From Spirochaetia bacterium (GTDB lineage: Bacteria; Spirochaetota; Spirochaetia; DSM-2461), in the NCBI GenBank assembly GCA_963668315.1, contig OY764216.1:5088001-5152000 (forward strand): a stretch of 64,000 nt of DNA. The letters run 5' to 3'. The position numbers and the translations under genes were made by a program. Below the pieces are notes generated by a model. That model was not told where the DNA came from, ran no database searches, and saw only the letters and a program-made list of their open reading frames with translations. Of this stretch, positions 29,461 through 39,009 are shown one piece after another; within the stretch, counting starts at the first letter, position 1, and each line of letters begins with the position of its first letter.

Positions 29461-30149
29461 AATTCGACCACTCCCCCCTGGGTCAGATGCAGACGCCGCC
29501 TTCCCTTGGCGGCCAGGGCCGGATCGTGGGTCACGAGAAGCAGGGTTTTTTGAAAATCTTCGGTCAGCTGGAAGAGAATGTCCTCCACCACCCGGGAATT
29601 TTTCTCATCCAGATTGCCGGTGGGCTCGTCGGCCAGAATCAGCTGGGGATCATTCATCAGGGCCCGGGCCAGGGCCACTCTCTGCCGTTCACCCCCCGAT
29701 AGCTGGGAGGGGAAATGACCTTCCCTGTCGGATAGCCCCACGCGGGCGATAAGCCCGGATGCCCTTTCGGCGGCGGATGCCCTCTTCTCGCCCCCCATGA
29801 GGGCGGGCATCATGACGTTTTCCAGAGCATTGAAGTCCTTAAGGAGAAAATGGAACTGAAAGACAAATCCCAGGGATTCGTTTCGGTAGGAGGTCAGGTT
29901 CTTCTCCGTCATGCGTGAAACGGTATAACCGCAGGAGTAAACCACCCCTTCCGTAGGCTTGTCCAGTCCGCCGATCAGGTTTAGAAGGGTGCTTTTCCCG
30001 CAGCCGCTCTCCCCGGTGATAACCACCAGTTCCCCCTCCTCCACGCGAAGGGAGATATTTCTCAGGACTTCCAGCTCCCCCCTTCCGGAGGGATAGACCT
30101 TTCTAACCCCGCCCAGCTCAATCAGACTTTTTTTATCTTCATTACTCAA
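29457..30149 (-). CDS. lolD: Lipoprotein-releasing ABC transporter ATP-binding protein
   Basis: [16 protein letters not shown] and ADEPTGNLD motifs. Confidence 0.88.
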   Translation of the reverse strand: MSNEDKKSLIELGGVRKVYPSGRGELEVLRNISLRVEEGELVVITGESGCGKSTLLNLIGGLDKPTEGVVYSCGYTVSRMTEKNLTSYRNESLGFVFQFHFLLKDFNALENVMMPALMGGEKRASAAERASGLIARVGLSDREGHFPSQLSGGERQRVALARALMNDPQLILADEPTGNLDEKNSRVVEDILFQLTEDFQKTLLLVTHDPALAAKGRRRLHLTQGGVVEL

Positions 30150-31422
30150 TATTCAAAACCTCCGCCGGTTTTATTTCGGCCACGGGCGCCGAAGCGAGCC
30201 ATGCCCCTCCCAGGGAAAAGAGCACCGCCGCGCCGCCGATGATGAGAAGATCCCAGGGCATGATGAGAACGGGAACATCCACCAGATAGTAGTTCATGCT
30301 GGAGTAGATGGAGATGCCCGAGGATCTGAAAAGCCCCATGATGCCGTTCACCACTCTTTCCACCAGAGAAAAGATCTCATTAATATTCAGAGCCGCTCCC
30401 GTTCCGAGGATCAGTCCCGAGAGAACTCCCGCCAGACTTATGTACAATCCTTCCAGAAGGAAAATACCCTGAACCTGAGCGGGGGCGGCTCCCAGGGATT
30501 TCAACAGGGCGATCTCTTCCATCCGTTCCGAGACGGAGCGCTTGAGGGAATGGAAAATATTCACCGCCACTACAAGGAAAACAAGGGAGACCACAAGAAA
30601 CATCATCACCTTCTCCATCCTCAGGGCATCAAAGAAGGCGACATTGTACTCCTTCCAGGTAGAAACGGCGACATTTTCCCTGCCGGAGAACAGCCCATTC
30701 AGTCTGCCAAGATACCTGTCTTCCCGGTTTATGCGGTCCGTCTTGATCCCGTAAACACGGTAGGTCTCCCCCATGATCCCCTCGGCTGAATCCAGGGAGA
30801 TGAACCCCAGAGAGCGGTCGTACTCCAGATAGCCGGTACGCACCGTTCCGGTCACGGAGAAGACCTCTTCCTGCAGAGAAAGGCGTGAAAGCCCCTTTCC
30901 GGCCAGGGAAAGAAGAGTGACCTGATCGCCGGGGAAAACGCCCTGATCCAGAGCCAGCTCCACCCCGAGAACAATGGAGCGGGGAGAGGCAAGGTCAAAT
31001 TCTCCTGCCTCTATGGTCAGATGTTCCGCCAGCAGGGGATCCTTATCCCGGGCATCGGGCGGAAGGCCGCGGATAAGGGCCACCGACGGTTCACTGAATT
31101 CACCCCGGACAGTTGTCTGAAAATCGACAAAGGGGATGACGGTCCTGATTCCGGACATCCCGGAAACCCGGGAAAGATCTTCCCCGGACAGAGTCCCCCC
31201 CCCGTTGTCTATACGCAGATGATAGGATATGACCTCATTTATATTGTCGATATAATTGTGCTGAAACCCGTTCATTACGGAGAGGACGATGACCAGCGTC
31301 ATGACTCCCACGGTTATTCCCAGAATGGACAGAAGTGCGGCCACATGCCCCTTCTCTTTTCTTTTGGTAAACAGGTAACGGAGGGCTGTCTGAAATATCC
31401 AGTTATGGCGCTTTTTCTTCAC
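30142..31422 (-). CDS. lolC: Lipoprotein-releasing ABC transporter permease (LolC/E family)
   Basis: LSILGITVGVMTLVIVLSVMNGF and EIALLKSLGA motifs. Confidence 0.85.
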   Translation of the reverse strand: MKKKRHNWIFQTALRYLFTKRKEKGHVAALLSILGITVGVMTLVIVLSVMNGFQHNYIDNINEVISYHLRIDNGGGTLSGEDLSRVSGMSGIRTVIPFVDFQTTVRGEFSEPSVALIRGLPPDARDKDPLLAEHLTIEAGEFDLASPRSIVLGVELALDQGVFPGDQVTLLSLAGKGLSRLSLQEEVFSVTGTVRTGYLEYDRSLGFISLDSAEGIMGETYRVYGIKTDRINREDRYLGRLNGLFSGRENVAVSTWKEYNVAFFDALRMEKVMMFLVVSLVFLVVAVNIFHSLKRSVSERMEEIALLKSLGAAPAQVQGIFLLEGLYISLAGVLSGLILGTGAALNINEIFSLVERVVNGIMGLFRSSGISIYSSMNYYLVDVPVLIMPWDLLIIGGAAVLFSLGGAWLASAPVAEIKPAEVLNIE

Positions 31423-32263
31423 TTAAAATCTCCGTTCCTCTGTAGCGGATGGTCAAGGTCAAACGGCCTTTACTATAGATTTCTTCGGTTCTTTCTTCAC
31501 CTTCGTAAAGGATTTTTCTGGTCATGAACCCGTTTTTATATATCCGTTCTTCCGAGATTTCGCCGTCCGGTCCGTACTCAAAGGTTCTCTCCGTCGATAC
31601 GCCTTTGCCACGGCTCTCCTCGCGGACAAGCCGGTTGGCCTCATCGTAAGAGCGCCTGCTCTCTTCGGCCAGAAGCCCTTTTTTGTAGGACAGGATTTCT
31701 GAGGGAAGGCCGGTGGGGGTGTAACGGGTGACAACTCTCACCCCTTCCGTGGATCTTATGAGCTCGGATGAGACAGGAAAACCTTCGTCTCCATAGGAAA
31801 AGAACTCCTCTTCCCACTTCTCATCACCGCGATACATGACCCTTTCCCGTATTTCCCCGTCTCGGCCCAACAGACGGATTTCCTGGCTGTCATCCCCTCT
31901 GGTCCACTCAGTCCGGGCCGACAGCCCGGTTAAAACAGACTTATCGCCCTCGGTTTTCTCCATCAGCCTGACAGACCCGTCCTCCCTGAGATGAAGGATT
32001 TCCCTCCAGCTCTTCTGGGATCCATCCCGTTCGTATTTTCTGACATCGATGGTAACAAGACCCTCTTCGTAGGCAAAGGAACGCACTTCATTCAGCCTTC
32101 CATCCTTATAGAAGCGGGACTGAAGAGGACGCTGAAGACCATCGGAAAGGAGTTCCTCGGCCAGTTCCCCGTCACGGTAGAAGTTTTCCCAGTCCCCTTC
32201 ATCCGTCTGGGATACCAGAGGAAAGAGTATCACGCAAAGGAAAAGAACCAGCCCCCTTCTCAT
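31403..32263 (-). CDS. Exported hypothetical protein with MORN/YD-like beta-hairpin repeats
   Basis: Signal peptide; repeated Y-x-x-G-x-L-x-x-E units. Confidence 0.65.
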   Translation of the reverse strand: MRRGLVLFLCVILFPLVSQTDEGDWENFYRDGELAEELLSDGLQRPLQSRFYKDGRLNEVRSFAYEEGLVTIDVRKYERDGSQKSWREILHLREDGSVRLMEKTEGDKSVLTGLSARTEWTRGDDSQEIRLLGRDGEIRERVMYRGDEKWEEEFFSYGDEGFPVSSELIRSTEGVRVVTRYTPTGLPSEILSYKKGLLAEESRRSYDEANRLVREESRGKGVSTERTFEYGPDGEISEERIYKNGFMTRKILYEGEERTEEIYSKGRLTLTIRYRGTEILSEEKAP

Positions 32264-33210
32264 TCTCCTTCCAGATTGATAAGCTCGGAAAGATAGACTT
32301 CCCTGTCAAAGGGGATCAGATCATCAAGGCCTTCTCCCCGTCCCAGGAAGAGAAAGGGAATCCCCAGACGGCGGCAGATGGAGACGAGGAGACCGCCCCG
32401 GGCCGTGGAATCGTACTTTGTCATAACGATGGCGTCCACCCCGATGGCCTCGTGAAATACTTCGGCCTGCTGCATGCCGTTCTGCCCCGTGGTCGCATCG
32501 ATGACCAGGATTTTCTTGTACACTCCGTCGCCGAGATTGTTCCGGATCACCTTATCAATCTTCTCCAGCTCAAGGACAAGATTCTTCTTATTGTGCATAC
32601 GCCCCGCCGTATCGACCAGGATCAGTTTCTCCCCCTGGCTTTTGGCGGAGGCGATGGTATCATAAATCACGGCTCCCGGATCGGAACCTGGCTGCTGGGC
32701 GACGACGCGGCAATCCACCCTCTCGCCCTGTATCTTGAGCTGATCGATAGCGCCGGCCCGGAAGGTATCCGCTGCGGCAAGGACAATGGGCCCGGTGCCC
32801 TTTTTCTTGTAGTACCGGGCCATCTTGGCGATAGACGTCGTTTTACCCACCCCGTTGACACCGAGAATCAGAAAAAGGTTCAGCCTATCACTATCCGGCT
32901 CGAATCTCTCTTCACGGACCGATTCGGCGATAAGACGACGCAGTTCCCCGATGATTTCCTCCTGGGTGGAGAGCTTGTTCTTCCGGACACTGGTACGGAG
33001 TTCATCGGAGATTTCCATGGTAACCGTTCCGCCCATGTCCGACTCGATGAGGAGATCTTCCAGATCTTCATAAAAAGCCTCTCCCGCACCGTCCTTCTTG
33101 AAAAGAGAGGCTATGCGCGACGCCAGATTCTTATTTTTCTTCGGTGAGGCCTGAACTTCCTCCCCGGCGGTTTGTTCCTGTTTTTTTTTCTTGCCGAATA
33201 TCATATACAA
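32260..33210 (-). CDS. ftsY: Signal recognition particle receptor FtsY
   Basis: GVNGVGKTT, DTFRAGA, DTAGR and TKYD motifs. Confidence 0.96.
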   Translation of the reverse strand: MYMIFGKKKKQEQTAGEEVQASPKKNKNLASRIASLFKKDGAGEAFYEDLEDLLIESDMGGTVTMEISDELRTSVRKNKLSTQEEIIGELRRLIAESVREERFEPDSDRLNLFLILGVNGVGKTTSIAKMARYYKKKGTGPIVLAAADTFRAGAIDQLKIQGERVDCRVVAQQPGSDPGAVIYDTIASAKSQGEKLILVDTAGRMHNKKNLVLELEKIDKVIRNNLGDGVYKKILVIDATTGQNGMQQAEVFHEAIGVDAIVMTKYDSTARGGLLVSICRRLGIPFLFLGRGEGLDDLIPFDREVYLSELINLEGE

Positions 33211-33224
33211 TCCTTTGCTGTGAA

Positions 33225-34616
33225 CTATCTCTGTTCAATACTTTTTTCCGATGCTTTAATATACTTGACCAGACGGGTTATGGAAACCCCCAGAAGAGCT
33301 CCGCTCACAGCCATACTACCCCAGAAGACACCCGTGCTGTAGTAGGCTCTGTTATAGGCCTCATCATAGGTATCCATGTCTCCCGCGGCATAGGCGCTGT
33401 TGGCCCTCTGGACCTGATTTTCCCTGATGCCGTTCAGTATGAGCGGGGCGGCGACAGAGAGGGAGAACCATCCCAGAGTATTGTAGAACTTATCTTTGGC
33501 TATGAGCCGCTCTTCTTCCCAGTCCACTCCGCCGGCGGTCAGGGCGTAATGAACCTCATCCGGCGTATCCGGCCCCAGAGAAGCCGACAGGGAGTCATAC
33601 CCTTCCAGGGAGAGAATCATTTTCTCCGCCAGGAGGGGGCGGGGAAGAACCAGGGGCGTCTGCCCCCGGTAGACAGAACCGAGGAGGACATCGGCGCCGG
33701 CCGGTTCCGACAGGATGGACACAAGTTCCTCCTCCCCCGGTTCCAGGGCCACGGTTCTCACCATCCGGCTCCCGGGGACAAGGGTAATCTCTTCCCTGTA
33801 GCTTTTATGCCGGGGATACCGGACTTCCAGCAGAGCCGGACCGGGCATGAGGGTTTCCTCGTCCACGGCCCCCACGCCCAGGGAGACGCCGTTAAGAAAT
33901 ACCTGCGCCCGGGACGGATCGGCCGATACGCTCAGAGCGCTCCAGTCGCGGCCGAGAAGTGTCTTCTTGACGGCATCGGCCATCTCCCCCACCAGCCTCT
34001 CAATCTCATCGGTTTTACCGGCTCCCGACCAGAGAGGAAGAGGCTCCTCCCGGGCGGCACTGATTCCGGTCAGCTCAATGAGGATGAAATCGCCCGCATC
34101 GTCGATGGTGCCGGTGATGATAAAATCGGGTTCCTCCTCGCGAGCTTCCCCGGCGGAGGAAAACAGAATCCCCCCCTCTCCGGGAGCGAGATAGGAGATG
34201 GCCCGGGAAGAGGGCTCTTCGTTTCCGGCTGTATCGGCAGAATCATACTTTTTACGGAGGCTGTTAATTTCCTTAGTAAGGGATTCATACTTGATGGGAT
34301 CCTCGGAGAACAGAAGAGCATCCCTCTGTTCCAGAAGACTTTCCCACTGGGCCAGGAGCTTTTCCTGACTGGCGATAAAGGCGTTCCTGCTTTTATGGGC
34401 GATTTCCTCCTCACTCATAAAATGATCCGGATAGGAGGAAATCTCATGATAGAGCTGCAGGGGTATCTGGCGGTAGAGAAAATGATTTTCCCCGGCAAGA
34501 TCCCCCTCAAAAACAGTGAGGGCACATTTCCAGTCCGAGGTTTCACCCCAGAGAAGCGCTCCGAGCAGAAAGAGAAGGGAAAAAAGCCGAATCCTATTTT
34601 GCTCCACCGAACTCAA
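33225..34616 (-). CDS. PEGA-domain protein
   Basis: Signal peptide, two PEGA-like repeats (SEPAGADV....YRGQTP) and C-terminal hydrophobic segments. Confidence 0.78.
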   Translation of the reverse strand: MSSVEQNRIRLFSLLFLLGALLWGETSDWKCALTVFEGDLAGENHFLYRQIPLQLYHEISSYPDHFMSEEEIAHKSRNAFIASQEKLLAQWESLLEQRDALLFSEDPIKYESLTKEINSLRKKYDSADTAGNEEPSSRAISYLAPGEGGILFSSAGEAREEEPDFIITGTIDDAGDFILIELTGISAAREEPLPLWSGAGKTDEIERLVGEMADAVKKTLLGRDWSALSVSADPSRAQVFLNGVSLGVGAVDEETLMPGPALLEVRYPRHKSYREEITLVPGSRMVRTVALEPGEEELVSILSEPAGADVLLGSVYRGQTPLVLPRPLLAEKMILSLEGYDSLSASLGPDTPDEVHYALTAGGVDWEEERLIAKDKFYNTLGWFSLSVAAPLILNGIRENQVQRANSAYAAGDMDTYDEAYNRAYYSTGVFWGSMAVSGALLGVSITRLVKYIKASEKSIEQR

Positions 34617-34975
34617 CCTCGGGCTAAAGCCTTCTTCACAGCCGAAAGGAGCCGGGTTTTCTGGAAGGGTTTAACCACGAAGTCACTGGCTCCCAGCTGA
34701 ATGGCTTTGATGATTCTCTCCTGGTCTCCCAGGGAGGAGCACATGACGACCAGGGAGTCGGGATGGCGCTTTTTCAGCTCCTTCAGACAGCTCAGACCGT
34801 CCATACGGGGCATGGCGATATCCAGCAGAACAAGATCGGGTCTTTTTTCCTCGTACTTAACCAGGCAGTCCTGTCCGTCCGAGGCCTCTCCGGCGATGCT
34901 GTAACCGCCGGCTACGAGAATATCTCTGATGATGGATCTCATAAATGAGAGGTCGTCGACCACTAAAATATTCAT
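34613..34975 (-). CDS. Single-domain response regulator (CheY-like)
   Basis: ILVVDD, DLVLLDIAMP and KPF motifs; ATG overlaps the prfB stop. Confidence 0.92.
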   Translation of the reverse strand: MNILVVDDLSFMRSIIRDILVAGGYSIAGEASDGQDCLVKYEEKRPDLVLLDIAMPRMDGLSCLKELKKRHPDSLVVMCSSLGDQERIIKAIQLGASDFVVKPFQKTRLLSAVKKALARG

Positions 34976-36076
34976 TCCCTGTTCTGAGAGCTGTATCTCA
35001 AATACTCCTCTATGAATTGATCGATATCCCCGTCCATAACGGCCTGAATATTGCCCGTTTCCGCACGGGTGCGCAGGTCCTTGACCATGGTATAGGGATG
35101 AAAAACGTAAGAGCGGATCTGTGACCCCCATCCTATGTCCTTTTTTTCGGCGGCGTTCTTGGCCTGTTCTTCCTGCTGTTTCTGCCGGTAGTACTCGTAC
35201 AGACGCGACCGGAGGATTTTAAAGGCGGTGTCCTTGTTTTTGGTCTGACTTCTCTCGTTCTGACACTGTACAACCAGTCCCGATTCGAGGTGGGTCAGCC
35301 GGACGGCACTGTCCGTTTTATTAACATGCTGACCGCCCGCTCCGGAAGAACGGTACGTATCGATCCTGACATCTTCCGGCTTGATATCCACTTCGATGGA
35401 ATCGTCGATAACGGGGGAAACGTAAACCGAAGCGAAGGAAGTATGCCGCCGGGCATTGGAGTCGAAGGGCGAAATCCGTACGAGACGGTGAATTCCCCCC
35501 TCTCCCTTCAAAAGACCGTGCGCATAGTCGCCATTGATCTGTACAGAGACGGACTTGATGCCTCCCTCGGCTTCCAGAATATCCAGAAGGGTCATCTTGA
35601 ATCCCTTTCTTTCCACCCAGCGGCTGTACATACGGTAAAGCATGGACGCCCAGTCGCAGGCCTCGGTGCCCCCCGCGCCGGAGTGAATCGTCACGAAGGC
35701 ATTCAGACCATCGGTCTCCTCGGAGAGGAGCTCCAGGGTATTCAGGTTCTCAAAGGTCTGTTCCAGAGAATCCATAGAACCGGAGATCTCTCCTTCCAGA
35801 GACTCATCTCCTTCCTCTTTAGCCAGATCGAGAAGTTCGATACAGTCACCCAGATCGGAGACAAGTTTCTCCCAGGGCTCATAGCGTCCCTTGATTCTCT
35901 TCAGTTCGGAAAGGATTTTCTCGGCCTGATCTCTGTCATTCCAGAAATCCGGATCGGCGGAGATATTCTCAAGTTCGGCGGCTTTGTTTTTCAGCTTATC
36001 CGAGTCAAAGACGCCTCCATGCGTCGAGGATGTCCTTTTCTATCTTCTTAATACGGGGGTTCAAGTCATTGAGCAC
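34972..36076 (-). CDS. prfB: Peptide chain release factor 2 (programmed +1 frameshift at 36010-36004)
   Basis: SPF and GGQ motifs. GTG at 36076 reads 23 codons to GG AGG CGT CTT TGA C, then continues in the +1 frame; 367 aa in total. Confidence 0.96.
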
Positions 36077-36353
36077 TGTTTTTCTCCTTAAGTATCATGC
36101 GCCGCCACCGATTCTCCGACAGGGAAGAAATGACCAGCCTGTCGTCAATGGGATACTGATAAAACCTGATGGCGTCATAAAAATCGGTAGCCCGGTCAAG
36201 ATCGAGCTTCAACCGGGCCAGCTGTTTCTCATTCATATTGTACGATTCAAAACAATTACCCTGCACCTGTTTAAAGCCATAACGCAGCAGTAAATTGGAC
36301 GTTACACGGCTGGAATCCTCTCCGCCGGCGTCAATTATCACGGAAACAAACAT
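36066..36353 (-). CDS. Stand-alone Cas2/VapD-like small protein
   Basis: MFVSVIID (Asp8), YGFKQVQGNCFE and DAIRFY follow the Cas2 pattern. No cas1 or array nearby. Confidence 0.75.
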   Translation of the reverse strand: MFVSVIIDAGGEDSSRVTSNLLLRYGFKQVQGNCFESYNMNEKQLARLKLDLDRATDFYDAIRFYQYPIDDRLVISSLSENRWRRMILKEKNSAQ

Positions 36354-36359
36354 GGAACA

Positions 36360-36388
36360 ACTCTAGGGTGGAATCCCCTTCCTGTCAA
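36360..36388 (-). promoter_or_regulatory. Sigma70 promoter of cas2-like/prfB operon (leaderless)
   Basis: TTGACA-N17-TAGAGT, 6 nt before the ATG at 36353. Confidence 0.7.
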
Positions 36389-36395
36389 GAGGCTT

Positions 36396-36737
36396 CTACT
36401 CCATAACCGAACAGACGTCGGCGTCTTCGGAAAACTCTTTAAAAGATTCACGTACAAAAAGATAGAGATCATCTACCCGAGAGAGGTCCCCTTCCTTGAT
36501 TGTCGTCTCCAGCTCAAAGGAGGCGGCGAACAGCTTCTCGGCACTCACCGCTCCGGCGGAGCCCTTGATCTTATGTGCCAGTTCGGCGGCAGCCTCAGGC
36601 TCCTCCTTAAGGGTTTCTTCCAGCCTGTCCAGCATGAGGGGAACGTCTTCCAGGGTAAAGCCGACAAGTTCCTTTAAAAGGGACATATCGTTCATCGTAT
36701 GCTTCATCGCCTTTTCTTTGTTAAAAACCTCTTCCAT
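36396..36737 (-). CDS. Hpt (histidine phosphotransfer) domain protein
   Basis: AHKIKGSAGAV motif in a 113-aa helical protein. Confidence 0.88.
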   Translation of the reverse strand: MEEVFNKEKAMKHTMNDMSLLKELVGFTLEDVPLMLDRLEETLKEEPEAAAELAHKIKGSAGAVSAEKLFAASFELETTIKEGDLSRVDDLYLFVRESFKEFSEDADVCSVME

Positions 36738-36747
36738 ACTGATCTCC

Positions 36748-38544
36748 TTAATCCTTGCTTTTCTTCAGGGCATCCTGAAACTCGGTCCAGGCATTATTCT
36801 GCTCCCGGTTGGTATAATGGGGCTCCTTGCTCTTGGGCGGGCGGCTTCGGCGGTTCACAGTCCGGCTTTGACTTCTCGAAGCGGGCGACGGGCGGTAGCT
36901 TTCCATGGGATCGTCCGACGCTTTCAGAGTCTTGCCCGTATAAACATCACCGCCCGTTCTTTTCACGGCGGAACCCTCCCCTCCCCGGGGGGCCGAGTCG
37001 GGAAGACGGCTGAAAGATTCCAGATAACTGTCATACCGGCCGAACAGACGGAGGATAACTTTCCTGAACAGGGGGAGACGGCCGTAGGACTGGAGAAAGA
37101 GGGGCTGAAGGTAAAGATCCAGCATTTTATCCAGCCTGATGAAGCGGATGGTGGAATTTTCCTCGAAGTATTTATTCAAAAGGAGGCGCACCTGCTCTGC
37201 CGTGGGGGTACTTGACCGCCTCTTAACCCAGTGAAGCATAGCCTCTGACATGATTTTAGGCTTATCAAGCATAAGATGAAGCACGGGATACATCTCTTTA
37301 ATCTGATCTCTTATGCTCTGGACAAAGGATTCCGTCGTGGCAAAGACATGGCCTCCTCCTCCCCTCCGGGAAACCAGGACGTCTTCCATGAGAGAGAGGT
37401 AATATTTTTTGAGCTCAACCGAAGCCTCTTTCAGATACATCCGGAAGGAGAGATAGATATGATCGCGGTGCATATAGCCGACCCCGAGATTCACGATAAT
37501 CGGCAGGGACGTCTTGTTTTTCATCATGACGCACTGATCGTAAAAGGTGTTCTTGAAGTCGGGCCATTTTTTTATGCCGTTCTCCAGGTATTCATTCAGC
37601 TCCTGCTGGGTCAGGTATTTTTTCGGCCTCATCTCTATGGACTGACAGACTGCCACCAGCTCGTCCTTCTGGGACTGCTTGTCCAGACGGATTCTCTCCG
37701 CCTCGTCAAGACCGTTCCGGGTGTACGAATAAATAAGGGAAACGGCGGGATAGTAGTCGTCGGGAATATGGCGTCTTTTGTCGGAGACCAGATCCCGGTT
37801 TTCCATAAGGCAGCGGCTGAGTTTATTCCAGAAATTGTGATCCCGGTTCTTCATGTCCCTCTGGATTTCACTCTCCATAAACCCCATGGTCTTGGAAAGG
37901 AAAGTGAGAAGCTGGGGACTTTTCACCACGGTCTTTATCTTATCCCGAGCCAGCCGGATGACATGGGGAATAGTGGCCGGAGTGGCATAGATCGGATCGT
38001 ATCCGTCGCACTTGATAAGAAGAATCCTGACCGCATCCTGGCTTTCAAGGGCCATGGTCTCACTTATGTCGGTCAGCCCCAGGGTTTCCACATATTTCCC
38101 GGGCAGGACCATATCCTGCCTTTCCAGAAATTTGGGAGTAACGAAGAGCCGGTCCTCCGAATGGAGGGAATAGACATACTCATTCTCTATATAATAATAG
38201 AAAAAGCGGATGGAGTCCCTTTCGCATAAAACGATCTGCTTATTAACGATATTTCCCTGGGAAGACGCCACTCCCAGAATTCCGCAGCGGGCATTGAAAA
38301 GCTTCTGCATGAGCTGACTCAGATGGCTCTGGATAAAGGAAAACTGATTCTTCCCCAGTTCTATGAAGCGGTTATAGTCTATCTCCGGTTCCCAGATTTC
38401 GCAGAGCTTATGAAAAATAGCTCTCTGCTCCTGATTAAAATTGCCCAGCTGGGATAGAAATTCCTCTTTCTGAATCTGATCGAATTTAAAAAATTCAGGC
38501 ATGGGGGGCTGCGATCGAAGCTGATATTCCTGAACCTCTGCCAT
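36748..38544 (-). CDS. Hypothetical protein (598 aa)
   Basis: Long ORF. The true start is probably MAEVQEY at 38544, 2 nt after the stop of the small upstream gene. Confidence 0.75.
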   Translation of the reverse strand: MAEVQEYQLRSQPPMPEFFKFDQIQKEEFLSQLGNFNQEQRAIFHKLCEIWEPEIDYNRFIELGKNQFSFIQSHLSQLMQKLFNARCGILGVASSQGNIVNKQIVLCERDSIRFFYYYIENEYVYSLHSEDRLFVTPKFLERQDMVLPGKYVETLGLTDISETMALESQDAVRILLIKCDGYDPIYATPATIPHVIRLARDKIKTVVKSPQLLTFLSKTMGFMESEIQRDMKNRDHNFWNKLSRCLMENRDLVSDKRRHIPDDYYPAVSLIYSYTRNGLDEAERIRLDKQSQKDELVAVCQSIEMRPKKYLTQQELNEYLENGIKKWPDFKNTFYDQCVMMKNKTSLPIIVNLGVGYMHRDHIYLSFRMYLKEASVELKKYYLSLMEDVLVSRRGGGGHVFATTESFVQSIRDQIKEMYPVLHLMLDKPKIMSEAMLHWVKRRSSTPTAEQVRLLLNKYFEENSTIRFIRLDKMLDLYLQPLFLQSYGRLPLFRKVILRLFGRYDSYLESFSRLPDSAPRGGEGSAVKRTGGDVYTGKTLKASDDPMESYRPSPASRSQSRTVNRRSRPPKSKEPHYTNREQNNAWTEFQDALKKSKD

Positions 38545-38546
38545 AA

Positions 38547-38702
38547 TCAGTCCTGCTCCTTCTTCTCTTGGCGGTTCTCTCCGGGGGAGTTCTGCTTTTC
38601 CTGTTTCTTCTTCTGCCAGTAGGGGATGATGCCGAACAGGACTGCCCTTAGAAGAAGCATGATTCCCACAAAAAGCATGAGTGATATGATGGCGCTGCCC
38701 AT
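38547..38702 (-). CDS. Small membrane protein (51 aa), not in ORF track
   Basis: MGSAIISLMLFVGIMLLLRAVLFGIIPYWQKKKQEKQNSPGENRQEKKEQD; AGGAG RBS; TTGATC-N17-TATACT promoter at 38779-38751. Confidence 0.72.
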   Translation of the reverse strand: MGSAIISLMLFVGIMLLLRAVLFGIIPYWQKKKQEKQNSPGENRQEKKEQD

Positions 38703-38820
38703 TTAAGACTCCTGTCAAGAATCGGTATGAATAAACACACCTCTGCTTACAGTATATTTCTAATTAGTCCTGTGATCAATATATTTTCTCCAATCCCCGG
38801 GAGATGGAAGAAAAAAGGAC

Positions 38821-38918
38821 AAAAAAAAAAGAGCCTCTGCCCATCGGCCCGCCGTTGCTCCTTATTTCACATTCTGGAATAAACGTATGGCGCAGACCGA
38901 TGCTGTTGCTCTTTTCAC
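38821..38918 (-). ncRNA. Candidate ~100-nt structured small RNA
   Basis: Own promoter TTGTAT-N17-TACATT (38952-38924), a 10-bp stem and a T10 end. The next gene has a separate promoter. Confidence 0.5.
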
Positions 38919-39009
38919 TAAGTAATGTAGTCCAACTATTAAGATAATACAAGTTTTTTTTATTTTTTTCCCGCCGATTTAATCGTAAATTAACAGGCAC
39001 GTCCGGATT

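Noticed and set aside
31403..32263. RHS toxin or YwqK antitoxin
   Set aside because: Short, has a signal peptide, has no toxin partner and is embedded in the ftsY-lol operon.
34976..35131. N-terminal extensions in the ORF track (response regulator; also recN, nadK, sufB, methyltransferase, GGDEF)
   Set aside because: They overlap upstream genes; internal starts match the family N-termini and have coupling, RBS or promoter support.
38821..38918. SRP (4.5S) RNA or tRNA identity for the hairpin RNA
   Set aside because: Lacks the SRP helix-8 GNRA/AGCAG motif and cannot form a cloverleaf.
36066..39000. CRISPR-Cas locus around the Cas2-like gene
   Set aside because: No repeat-spacer array or other cas genes; neighbours are housekeeping or signalling genes.
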